From: Raillietiella orientalis
Lineage: Eukaryota
Direction of reading: 5' to 3'
DNA length: 64,000 nucleotides
Assembly (NCBI GenBank): GCA_036172245.1
Contig: JAYWIR010000001.1
Span: 8,246,001 to 8,310,000 of the forward strand
A program made the position numbers and the translations under genes. Under the pieces are notes generated by a model that did not search any database, was not told where the DNA came from, and saw nothing but the letters and a program-made list of their open reading frames with translations. How positions within the stretch are numbered: the first letter of the stretch is position 1; each line of letters begins with the position of its first letter. Of the stretch, positions 48,136 to 60,337 are shown piece after piece.

Positions 48136-51100
48136 ATTCTCAGTGCACTTCGAAGATGGCGCGCAAAATGGCGTAAGCGTGTCGGAAGAGCCAACCGAAC
48201 GATCGCTTTTGGCTGCGCGGAGGGTCTGTGGCCGCGTCCGCCATCCTGGATTTGCAGCCAGACTCCGAGGGAACGGGAAGGGAGGGGCGGTCCATGGAAA
48301 ACCTGCCTCGGGAAGGTGGCGGCGTACCGGCAAAGGGACCGCGGCTGTGTGGCTTCCTCCCTCCCCCCACCCCTCGCGAGCATCTGCTCGCAGGTCCGCC
48401 GCCGTGCGACCCGCAACGCAGACCAGCCGCACGAGCGTGCAAACCGCGGGGAGGTCTCTCGCTGTGCCTGCGGTTTCGCGGTCACAGAGGCGACCCACCC
48501 GCCCGGGGTTCTCTGGGCTCTGCTGGGTCTTGTGGAGAGCCTGCCGCGTAGGAGGAGGGAAGGTGGCATAGCAGTGTCCGCGCGGCACCCTGGGGTGTCC
48601 GCCGGGTAGCCGGGTCTCCCAAAGGAAGACGTGACGTTTCGACTCCCGAGAGGGAGGGAATACAGGGTCCCTCTGCGGGAAAGCCCCCGTTCCCGTGAGC
48701 TCCGTTACAGAAGGAGGTGGTCGTGGCGGCGGGGTTGATCAGCTGCGCAGGCGGCTTCGGAAAGCTCCGGGAACGGAAGGGAGGGGATGAGTGGGAAGGG
48801 AGGGGCGGGGTAGGGGGTGGGTAGGGTGCGCCGCGCGCCCTCGCAGGGGCGCGGAGGGGGAGGAGCCCGTCCGCCCGACACCTCGCGCCCCGCGCGCGAG
48901 CGACGGGAGCCCATTCATTACCTCCGACTGCCTCGCGCGCAGTGGGGGGAAGGGGGGGAGCGAGAGGTGGGGTCGGCGGCGGCAGAGCAAGTTTCGTGCG
49001 CGCGAGAGCGTTCCGTGGACCGGACCGTCTTCGGGAGTCTCCCCGCAGCTTCCCCCGGACTGACTCTAATTAACGCGTCTCGCTGCCCTTTAATGACGAG
49101 GGGGAAGGCCTTTTGCCGGATCGCGCGCCCACCAGGGGGACACCGCTTCTGCGATTCTTTCAGCGGCTCTGCGGGTCCGGCAGGAATCGAAAGGGCCGCA
49201 GCGGCGACGCACCCTCTCGAAGCGTGAGAGAGAGTGAGCTACCGCCCCTCCGGAAGGGGCTGGCTAGCTCTCCTCCCCCGGGAAGAGCACCTCATCTCTC
49301 TTTCGCTCCTCCGCCTTGCTGCTGTTTCTTCCTCCTCCTCCCCTTTCTCTCTCTCTCTCTCTCTCTCTTGAGGGCGCTGCTCCCCTCTGCTGCTGCTGCT
49401 GCTTCTCAGGATGGGTCTCTTCCGCTGCCGCTGCTCTTCTCGCCTTGAGCTGCCCGCCCCTGGCGCGCGCGCCTTTCGGACGGGCGGCGCTCGTGTTTCC
49501 CCCTCTCTCCCCCGAGGGAGAGAGAGGGAGAGAGCTGTACCTCCGGAGCGGCCTGGAGGAAGACCAGCCACGCACGCACGCGCTGCTGGCGTGTGTCCGT
49601 GCGTGGGAGCCGCTGCCGCCGTCGCCACGCCCCCAGAGCAGGTCTCCCTGATCACGACGTGTCGACCGACTCGGCTTCTCTCCTTCTCTCCCTTCCCCTC
49701 CCCCAGCTCGCCTCTCCCGGATGAACTCCTGAGGGCGACGGCGGCGGTGACCGTGACGCCGTCGCCAGAGAGGACGCCATAAAATCCGATTTCGGGTCAT
49801 TACGGGCTCCCTCCGTCGCTCCACACGGGGGCGCCGATGCCTCGCCGCTAGCTGCTCCTCGTAGACGGCGGGTGCAGAGGACGCGGAGGGAGAAGAGGGG
49901 GAGGGGAAGAAAGAAAGGTGCGAGGGGGAGGGGGAGAGCACATGCCCTGGTGGTCCAGCGTAGCCTCGGAACGTCCGGCGTGAGAGCAAGGAAAGGAATG
50001 AAAACAACTCTTGCGTCACCGAGGCGGCTGACCCCGTCCTTGCGTCACGGTGTTGCCGGGATGCCGCAAGATCCTCCTCCTACTACCATGGAAACCACGA
50101 GGGACTTGAGCGGGACTTCCTTGTCCTTCTTGCCCCTGCATCCCGTGCGCTGTCTTCCGGGGAGGAGGGAAGTGCCACGTCTTCCCGCGGCTTTGAGCCA
50201 GCCTTGCTCCTCTGGCTGGCTCACGGCTCCTCACCCTGGCTCCTCCCCATCTGCCCAGGCTTCGTTTTTTTTTTTTTTTTTCATCTTTGGTTTTATTTTC
50301 ATTTTTGCTTCTTTTCTCCCATTTTTCTGTTCCGAGGACTCTTCCCTCAGGAAGGGGGGACCTGGGGAACAGCAGCTCGCGCACGCTCGTCCGGAGAGGC
50401 CATGGCTAGCAGCGTGGAAGGGAGGAGAGGGGGGAGGGAGAAGACAGGGAAGAGGAACTGGATAACCTGCATCCCTCACCTCCCCCACTCCTTCACCTGC
50501 AGTCTCTTCGGGGTGAGGACGAACCTCGAAAGGAAAGAGTTGCTCCTTCTCGGCGAAAAAGGAGGGAGGCACCGGGGAAGCCGCGAGAGGACCCCCAGGG
50601 AAGATCAGGTGGGAGAGGAGGGAGAGGAAAAATCCTCTTCCTGCACGTCAGCTCGCATCGGTCCATCCTCCACCCCTCACAGCCACCAGGCTCTCCAATG
50701 TCGCTCCGGCGACGAGCTCCGATCTCGGCTCTCCTCTCCTCCCTCCTCCTTAAAAATCGAAACCTCTGCGTCAGCTGGGGCTGCCGTGAGAAGCGATGTC
50801 AGAAAAGTGCAAACAGATGACTGGAGGGAACGCTCCGGGAGAGACCGTCGTTGCTACAGGTGACGGCGGTAACTCCTAAACAGAGAAATCCGGGAAGCAC
50901 GAGGCAGTAGGAAGAAAGATCTATGAAATGGGAGGGGGAGAGAGCAACAAAAAGGAGGAGGAAGAGGAGGAGGTGGAAGCGGCAGGAGATTCGTCTGTCT
51001 TCCAGAAGGCGGAAGCACTTCCGCGAAGACGGATGCCCTTCCCCTCGAGGGCTGCCGCGGGTGCGCGCTTCGTTGGAAAGGGGAGTGGCAGTTGTCCTCC

Positions 51101-51949
51101 CTGAGACGACGAAAATCACCTGCGTTCGTTGGGTGAAACCTCAAAGAGCGGATCCATCCGTGAAAAGGGAGAGAGAACCGCCCCCTTCGCGCCAGAGTTC
51201 GCCTGGTACTTTCGAACTGGCGGCGGACGGTCCATTCTGGAGTCGGCAGAGACAGGAACCCGCTGACCTGGCCCCCCTCCGGGGTAGCGCGGAGAAGACT
51301 CAGAGAGCTGGGATGATGATCAGCAAACAGTCTGGAAAGATCTCCCGTGCCCGACGTTCCAGTCCCCGGTGCGAAGAGGTTTGCTCCTGGGGGAGCGGTG
51401 TTCGTCCCTCGAAGTGGGATTTCGGTTTGCCCTTTGCCGCAGAGTCCCCCAAGGGAAAAGGTTGCCGGCAAATGCGTGGGTTGCAGGAAGGTTTCTTGCG
51501 CTGCAGCACGGGGGAGGGGGGGACCGTTGAGGATCTGGAAGGACACGGACATCCGCTGTCCTCTCTACGCTATCATCCCCCCTTGCCTTAGCATTGCCCG
51601 CCCACGGAGCAAACAATGGCAGCAGCGGACCGGCGGGGTGGGAGTTCTCCTGCAGCATTGCAGAGTTCTATGGCTGCAAGAAGAGCGAGCTGGAGGACGG
51701 CGCCAGTCCTCGTTTCCGGACGAAGGGACTCCTTCGGCATAGCGACCTGCTCGGTGTGTTCCCCGAAGAACTTGCAGCCCTCCCCTGCTTGCGGACACCT
51801 CCGTGCCCTCACTGAGCTGGAAACGGGACTCTTCCGCACTGGGGATTCCCGCGCAATCGACGCAGACACCTAGTTTCCCGGAAAGCTGTCTCTCCGAACT
51901 GTTCCAGGTGCGAGGCAACGGGAGCGCACCCGCAACCTTCTGTTGGACT

Positions 51950-52130
51950 TCAGTGTCCTGGAGGATATGTGGCAGAGACTCCCTTCATTGCTCCATGACC
52001 CCGCTTCGGACTTGCTGAGACGCTTCTTCACGCAAAGCGGGCTGAAGACGGGTGCTGTGATCGCAACCATCTGTTGCATCCGCACCATAGTGACAGTCCA
52101 CCATATGTTGGAGTCTCGTTCGTAGCGAAG
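51950..52130 (+). mobile_element. Possible decayed I/Jockey-like LINE ORF2 C-terminal fragment
   Basis: RFGLAETLLH followed in another frame by TICCIRTIVTVHHMLE, resembling RLR.GHT.L.H...C..C..TV.H.L.EC. Weak. Confidence 0.25.
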
Positions 52131-55100
52131 GGAGGATGGCCACCAGCATGGTAGCCAACTTCATGAAGAGGGCCGCAAGGTGGTCTCACTTGCAAGAAAA
52201 AGTCGCCAGGAAAGTCGCCTAGGAAGAAAGGAACGAAGAAAACCAAAGACCGTTGTCCCTACCCTCCCATCTTTTCTTTTTATTTAATGTCCCCTCCCTT
52301 CTTTCCCTAATTTCTTAGAAGCCGACCTGCGTGCCGGTGGTCATCCCGAATGACCTGCTTTTTTTGTCATCTCTTGTATTGAGGGGACACCATTTCCCTC
52401 TGACTCGTGATTTATTTTTAAATAAACTACAAGTCAGAGGGATGGAAATCTACGATCCCGGCGTGAGCAGGTAGAAATGTACAATGAGTTTGCTGCAGAG
52501 GAGCTCCTTGCTCCTCAGGAAACCTTCGCCGTGGGAAAAACATCAGATTTCCGTCTGGACCAGGAAACCTTGTTTTCTTCTTTGCTCTTCGTGCTCGCAG
52601 GCAGAATGCAGAATGGCCGCCCAGCTCCAGCAGCTGGAGTAGATTCCCCTCTCAAGATCGGGCCTGCCGAAATGAGGCCCGAGACCTCCCGGTCTTTCGG
52701 GTAAGAATGGAGTCTAACGGGAGAGGAGAACGCTTCGGGGACAAGCACGTGTCCCTCCTCAGTCCGAGAGATCTTTGCGGGCCCCCTTTTTCGAGACTCT
52801 TTTCAGGAAGTCCCCAGCCGGCTGCTGCCTCCGCTCGTCTGAGTCGGCCATGAGTCCAGACATCTGTGGAAACATCCCCAGATGGAAACCCAAGGAGAAG
52901 AACGGGACCTTTTGAACGGACCGACCTTCAGAAAAGCGGGGAATGGACTCTGTAGAGGACATTTCTGTACCACCAGGATAGTCTCTCTTCCAGCTCCATG
53001 AACGATTTGGAAGAGCCTGCGTTCCGTGTGGTTCGGATCGTCCGGAGTTCTATCGTGTCATCGAGGGGAAGGAATCCCATTATTGAACAACCTCGTCATC
53101 AGGGCGTTTCCGAACGTCAAAGGACCCGACACCATCAGAGAATGTGGTAGTCAGGATGCCGATCCACCTCTCCAAGAAATCCCCATGGAAGGAATTTCCA
53201 AAAGAAGCCGCGACTGAATTGGTTTTCACGAGGTCCCTTGTCGAGGCGGGAAGCAGCCATCTTGGAACTCTGTCCGACCAACGGGAATGCCGAGTGACTG
53301 CAGGTGAACCGTTGGCAGGAGGCGCCAGCCCTGCCCGGTCGGAGTCTCCTCCAGCTCTGTCTTCTGCGTCCTTGTCCCTTCCTGCATCAGACAGGCAGCT
53401 TCGGGATCGCGAAGCGGGAGCGAGGCGCGCCAGAATTCATCTGGGGGGGGGGAGGGCGAGGAAGAGAGAGGGAAGTGAGCGGGAGAGAAAGAGAGGGAGG
53501 GGGTAAAGGGGAATACATTTTTCAGGACTTGGGGGGCACTTCAATGTGCCCCCGCAGTCCTTGATCCTTGCGCTCCGTCCTGTTTCGCATTCTGGGATGG
53601 TTTCCGGTCAAGCAGACAAGAAGGAATTTTGCCGAATGCCACCCATGACCGCAGGAGCTCTTTCTCTTGCAGGAGCGCCAGCAGGGCAGCGGATCGCAGG
53701 GGGCTCGGAGGGCATCTGCGGTTGAGAGGATGCTCGACCTCCCTAGAGAGAGGATTGGAGGAGGAGGAGGAGGAAGGGATGGCTCTTTCTGCCGGAGTGA
53801 GCAGCCGGCGAAGCGGCATCTCCCCGAAGGTCGTGTTCGGACACGACCTTCGGGGAGATGCTCCTTGCGTTGGTCCATCCGCCGTGCCACCCAAGGACAC
53901 GATGCATCCAGCGTTCTCGCCTTTCCTTCTCCGTCCCTGTGATGTGAGCAGGGAGGTCTTCTTTCTCTCCTTCCTTCCCCCTTCTTCTCCACCTTCTCCC
54001 CCTTTCCTCGCCCTGCTTTTCTCAGGTCCTTGTTTTCCCGGAATCCCCAGCACTAAGGAGGAGAGAAGAGACTCCGATCCACGGCAGAGTCAAGAGCTCG
54101 CGCCTCCCGTCCGATCTCGAACTCGGGGGTGAGACAGACGTTCCCGAATGATCGTTCACTCCTTCGCTCTAGAGAAAGAAGACGGGAAGCAGCTGGGAGG
54201 GAGTTTGCCTTCGGAGGAGCCGTCTTTCCTTGCCTTCTTGCTCTTCGACCCTTGCACGGGGCATGGGGTGGATCAGGGTGGGGCGGGGAGGGGGCGGGAA
54301 GCAGCCTGTCACCGTTCCAACGGGAGGAGTGGCGAGGCAGAAGGAAAATCGATTTTCCGGAATAAGGAAGGGAACTCTGGAGAGGGGAGCCTTGGAGGGA
54401 GGAGGGCAGCCGATCGTGAGGCGAGCAGGAAGGAGGAAAATTCGGCTCGTTACCTCGTCGCCAGAGCACCCCTCCTCCCTTCCCACCCATTCCCTTTCGT
54501 CTTTTCTCCTCTTTTGTCTTTCTCTACTTCGCCTTGTTATTTCCTTTTTGTGTGTTGTGTCCTCCCCCTCCTTCTTCTCCCCCCCCTTCCCCCTCCCCTT
54601 CAAGCTCGTTCCGCCGCTGTCCCTTTGAGACGAGCCGCCCTGTCCGCCAGCCGCAAAAGGCGTGCGCGCGCTCGATGCCCTCCGTCCCTCCCTTCGCTGG
54701 GGAGGTGGGGACGAGGGGTGACGGCGAGGGTGGTGGATGGGGGTTCGTGGGGAACGCGCTCCTGGCGTGCGTGAGCGCGCCGGCTCGCTGGGGCCTGCCC
54801 GGGGGCCTCTCCGTCTCGGGGAGGGAAAGAAAAATTGCTCACCCCATTAACGGGGATGACTCAGGCGGTTCCCAGGCGCCCCGTCTGAGGAGACCGCCGC
54901 CGCCGCCGCTTCCCCCCGCGCGCGTTTTTTTCCTGGGGTCCCCCTCGCACCGGCTGCTGGAGGTCCTGCAGAGAACGCGCCGCCGCCGCCTCACCCGGGA
55001 CCGTCCGTCCGCGGACGTCGATAAATCACGCGCTCTCGGTCGCAGCCCGGGGGCGCTGTCGTCGGCATCCGCCGGTCAAAGGGCCCCGACGCCTAGCCAG

Positions 55101-57359
55101 GTCTCCTTCCCCCCGGCCCCTGTTTTCCTCTCCCCGGCGCGAAGGAAGCAGCGGGAGAGAAAAGAGGGGGAAAGGCGAGCGGCACCATCGGGAACGGTCG
55201 GTGCCGCCCGGTGGGTTCCTCGCCCCTTCCTTCCTCTCTTCCTCTTCCTCCTCCTTCCCTACCCTTCTTCCGCCCCTTTGACGACCTCTCCTAATCTCCT
55301 TGCAATCCTCCTGCTCTCCTCCTTCGATCTCACTCTGATTCTTGTCCTGCCGCTTCCTATTCCCGAAAAGTGGATCACTCCCCAAGGGAGGAAAGGGGGA
55401 AGCGATGACATAAGACCCGCACCGCTCGGAGGGAACCCGGTGGATGACCCAGAGTTCTCCCGGCAAGAGGAGTACCCGCTCGTGCGCCGGCCCCGAGTCT
55501 CCTGGAAGAAGTGTTCGTTTACAGTGCTCCCCAGGAGGCTCCTGCCGGAGTGGGGAACCTCCCGAGAAAAAACAGGGATGGAGCCGTGGAGAAGGAGGGA
55601 GGGAGCGGGTAGAGTGGGTGAGGAAGTCCAGAGAGTGAGGTGGTTTGCAGTGCGGAATCACGTAGGGAGTAGGCGTGGCGGCGAGGGTTCTCTCGTCCTC
55701 TGGGATGACGCTGGGGATGAGGCTCGGGGAGGAAAGATGGGGTTCCTTGGAGGAGGGGGGGCGCATCCTGCCGCCTTTAGCTCCCGTTTGGAGGCTGACA
55801 TGTGTGCTGGAGAAACCCAACACCGGAGGCTGCGCGCAGCCCAGGGATAATCGCGCGGACCGGCGCGCGTAATGAGGTCCGTAAACGCCGGTGTCCGCTT
55901 TCCCGGGGTCTCTCCTGCTCGCCCCATTTCAATGTCGGAATTTCGGGAGAGAGAAGCGGGGAAGAGTCCCGCAGAAGGGAGTCGATAATTAGAAACAGAC
56001 GCGAGGTCACGTGTGATGCGCTTCGCGGGACGCTTCCCTCTCTCTCCCCCAGGCGGGTTGGGATGAAATATGGCGTCCGCGGGTCCGGCGGAGGAGGGGC
56101 AAGCACGCGCGTGCGAGGTGGGAGAGGGGGAGATCTGATCCCCGGGGTGCCCGTCTGCGGTGACGGCCCTACCCCTCCCCCTTTCCGTTACCCCCCCCCC
56201 TCTGCCCTTCCGGCAATCTGCAGGGAGGATCCCGCGTCCGTTCCCGCCCGTCGGTCGCGAAGGAGGGGACAGGAACGCCCCTCTGAGCCAATAGTAAGGG
56301 TAGCAGGGCCCCATCTCCCGGGAAGAGGGCACAGGATCTTCCTTTCCTGAGAGTGAACTCGTTCGACCCTCATCCCAGAGGGGACACCAGAGGAGGACAT
56401 CATCTCGGACGTCTGGGAACCTCATAGTATCCGGAGGAATGGAGATGGAGAGGTATCCCTTGGATTTCCGTTGGTCCTCGTTTTCTTCCTTCACTCCCCT
56501 TTTTCCCATTTCCCTTTTTCCTCTCCTCCCCAATGCTTTCCCCGCTCCCTTCCATCCACCTTTCCATCTTCAATTCCTCCTCGTGCCCCCTGTTTCCCCT
56601 CTCTTCCTTCCTTCTTTCCTCTTTCTCCTCCCCCTCGATGTTCCGTTGGTGCAGAGTGGGGTAAGGGCGAGTCGTCTCCCCGTGTTCGGAGAGGCAGGGG
56701 CGGCAGCGGGCGGCTCCTCGTTTCCGCCCACGCCTCATTCCCTCCTCCTTACGCGCGTATGCACGCCGTTCCGTGCCCCTCGCGGGCTCATCCCTTGGGG
56801 GATCAGGCATGAAAGGGAGTCCTTCCCTTCCGACGTTACGGCCCCCGTCCAGGCTTTCTCATTTCTGCCTTTGGATCTTCGAGAACGGCAGGGTGCAGGA
56901 GGGAAGGGAGAAGGAGAGAATCGCAATCGGGATCGGCTCTCTCCTTCTCTCTGAGGCCTCATTAGAGGGACGGGGCAGCAGGGGAGTGGGCGAGGGTTTG
57001 CAAGGGGTATGCTGGCAGGAGCGCCCTCCCGATCTCCCCCTTGGGATCGCGGCTGGAATTCCCGGAGGCGCTCGCGCGCTTCTTCCCCCAATGCCTAGGA
57101 TTCGGCCGTTTCACCTTGGACGCTTCCCGGATCCTTCTGTACGCGGCCCCCACACGTGCACGCCGGTCGCACGTGCGCGCGCGCCTCCGTGAACGCCTCT
57201 TCCAGGGGATTCGAGGCCGAGGCGCTGGTGCGTGAGCGAGGACTGCCAGGAGAGCTCCGGGACGTCCCCAGGTGCCTTCCGAGCTGCGCGGGTCCGATGT
57301 CGTCGCCTCCCCCTTTCCACCCTTGGGACCTTCCGGGAATCGGAAGCGGCAGGACAAGT

Positions 57360-57780
57360 AGGGGACGAGGAGGGAAAGAAGGGGAAGACTGAAGAAAGGA
57401 GCAGAGGAGGGGAGGCGGAATGGAGGAGGGAAAGAAGAGGCTGAAGGGTGGAAGATTGGAGGAGGGGAGGAGGACGAGAGGAGGAGGGGAGGAGGAGAAG
57501 AGGTCGAAAGGGTGAAAGAGGAAAGGAGGAGGAGGAGGAGAGGCGGATTGGAGCAGGGCGAGGAAAGGCTGAAGGGGTGGAAAAGGAGGGGAGGGGGAGG
57601 ATTGGATGAGGGAAAGGGAGGTCAGAGGGCGGAAAAGGGGGAGGAAAAGGAGGAGAGGTTGAAAGAGTGTAGGGGTGCAGGAGTGGGAGAAAAGGAAGAA
57701 TTAGAGGGGAATTTCCTTAGAAGCTTTCGTTGTCTCCTGAGAGAAGGGCTGAGAGGAAGAAAGGGAGTGGAAGGGTGAGT
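57360..57780 (+). repeat. GA-rich low-complexity tract with a recurring GAGG(C/T)TGAA(G/A)G(G/A)GTG motif
   Basis: Purine-dominated sequence; motif variants near 57438, 57567 and 57655. Confidence 0.8.
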
Positions 57781-59858
57781 GCATCGAGAGGAACCTCTGC
57801 TACCTAGTGGACGGGAGAACAGGGCATCCCACGTAGAAGGGACACGGATTGGGAGAAAAGAGAGGTTCCCTGAGCGCTTGGGAAGCTTTCTCCCTCTCCC
57901 CTTCGCACCCCCCGTCGATCAGGGGTCCTCCGGATCGGCGTTGTGGAGGGGGAAAACAAAAAGTACCGTCGTCCCTCCCGGGAAGGGCGGAAGGCGGTCG
58001 AAGACGCGGTACTTCCTCATCTTTGTGCTCCCCTTCCGGTCTCCCCCATTCATCCCGTCGGGGGCCGCCGAGGAAAAGGGAGAAGGAGCAGCGGGAGGAG
58101 GAGGAGGAAGGAGAGGGAGAGGGGAAGGAGAAGGAGGGGGGGAGGAGAGAGGAAAAAAGGCCCGGTTCAATGAGCGCCGGCTTTCCCCGCGCGCGCGCGG
58201 GTCTCGTCTTTTCATCCGTCCCCATTGATCCCCTCAACAGCCATATGTCAGCGCCCACAATGGAGCGCCGCTGCCGCAGCCGCGGGCTCTCTCCCCCTTC
58301 CCGCCGATTGTGGGGGAAAGGCTGCCGAGACCCAGTGAAACCGCGCCGAGGGAGATGGTGGAGTCTCCGACGTTCCTGCCTCGGGCCTTTCCTCGGAAAA
58401 CGGACGCGGGTTTGCGTCCCTTCAGGACCCCCTCTTGACCACCCTGACACAACCATTGCCAGTAGGAGGCCACACTGTACCCTCATCTCCACTTGCTTCG
58501 CTGACGTCCTCCCCTGCCCTTCCCTATCCCGCAATCGAATTTTATCCTTTCCCCCGCTCCCTATTCCCTCTTCCTACCCCGCGCACCGCCCATCACGCTC
58601 CACACCCCAAATTCATGTCAGCCCGAAAAACCATCCGCTCCCGCCCCGCCTTCGCCCCTGCTCCGCATTCTGCCTCTCCCTCCACGCCTCCACCTAACGT
58701 TCGCTCACCCCACCGTGCACCCCAACTCCACCCCACCCCATCCAACCACAACCAGAAAGCGAATTTATAGTGTTCTCACGAAATACCTCCGACCCTAAAC
58801 CCGTCCCACCACGCTCCAGCCCGTCACTCCCACCTTTTCCTCGGGGCTCCCCTCCTGCGCACGGTGGAACCGGCGGAGGCAGGGACGGCAATCCTGGCGC
58901 GCGTCTCCCAGGGAAACGGAACTTTTCCTATGTCGTCCGCGAGAATGCAAGGGTTAAAGGAAACTCGAGGTCGCGTGGAGAGAGACGTGGGGACGAGCAA
59001 GGGGTAGTAAGAGGAACCCCTGGGATCCTGGAAGGACTGAACTCTGCTCCTGCTACCTTCTTTCCCCTCCTGCCCGAGTAGGTGGCTTCTTCATCGTCCT
59101 CCCCCGTCCGCTAGCGTCTGGGGGCGCTCGCCGCGAGCCACGGGGGAGGGGAGAGGGGACCTGGAGGCTGTCGCTGCACCCCAGACTCCATCTGCGAAGC
59201 AGGCAGCCCCTCCTCCCTCCCCACCGCCCGCACAGCCTTTCGGGAGCAAACGACAGCGAAGGAGGAAGGAGGGGCCAAAAGAGTGAAAAGGGGTTGGAGT
59301 GGGATAGGGAGCTGCATGAAGAGCTTCCATACGGCCGCTCTCCACTCCTTCCCTCGGGGTTAGCAAGGAAGCGACAGGTGAGCCTTTGGCGGTCTCCCTG
59401 TAGACGCGGAGGGAGGCCCCGAAACAAATACTCGGAGGAGGAAGAGCACCTTTTCCACTGCGAAAGTGAAAGCGCCCTCCGCAGCCTCCTCGCCCTTCTC
59501 CCCCACCCCCACGCCCTTTTTTTTTTTTTTTCGTTCGCCTCCTCGTTTCAATTTGCTCCTGTAGCGCTCCCGTTACGGCTTGCGGAAGCCTGCGGTCTCT
59601 CCCGAAGAGGAGGAATCAAGGGAGCGGGACGAAGAGGAGTGCCGCCTCCGGGAGGAGAGGGCAGCCATCCTACGCACGGCGCGGCGGGCCGCGCGAAGGG
59701 GCCCTCGAAACGAGGGAGCAGGAGCCTCGAGGTGCACTTGGAGACCAAATGGGAGAAGCTTCCCGTCCACCGCCGCCTCCTTCTCTCCCTATCTGCGGTC
59801 GGAGCTCCCAAAGGAAAGGGGGAGGGGAAAAAAAAAGCAGGGGTGTCCAACACTCGCT

Positions 59859-59864
59859 TTTATT
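59859..59864 (-). terminator. Candidate Sp6-9 polyadenylation signal AATAAA
   Basis: First AATAAA I found on the minus strand after the stop (about 475 nt downstream), with a T-rich run about 25 nt further on. Confidence 0.6.
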
Positions 59865-60337
59865 GCTGGCTTCCCGTCCGTTCCAGGAATATGGCACGTG
59901 CTCCTTGTGCAAAGCGGTCCCGGAGAGGGAAGAGGGAGAGAGGGCGATTTCCCCCGATTCCCTCCACTGAGTCCGTCGCTCCTCCCTCCGGTTCGCTGCC
60001 TCCCTCCGCCCCTTCGGCCGGGCTCCCGGGACGGCGGAGGAGGCGTTCGCGCTCGTGTCTTCTCCCTGCCTCTTCAGCGATGTGCCCCCTGGCTGGTGTG
60101 ATGGAAGAGGGCGGCTGCAAGCGAGGGGGGTTGGCGGAGTGGCGTCGGCGGTGGCCGCAGAACCGTCCATCCCGTCGTCTCCGTCGCCGTCTTCCCGCCT
60201 GCCTGCTGGCGCTGAAGAACGAGTCATGGGGGAGAGGGTGGAAGGGGACGGAGAGAGAGGGGGAGGCAGGGAGAGGAGAAGATGATGGGGGGGGGGGATA
60301 TGTGGTGGCGGTGGGGTGCGCTTGGTGGCGGTGGGGG

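Noticed and set aside
47113-48588. 491-aa minus-strand ORF
   Set aside because: GC-rich stop-poor region; runs through a tandem repeat; no family motif; several overlapping frames are equally open.
54534-55850. 438-aa plus-strand ORF
   Set aside because: Low-complexity Pro/Arg/Gly translation of pyrimidine and purine tracts; non-ATG start; no domain.
37294-59300. Dense stack of 100-290 aa ORFs on both strands
   Set aside because: Expected at this GC content; none resembles a known protein. Small exons cannot be excluded without RNA data.
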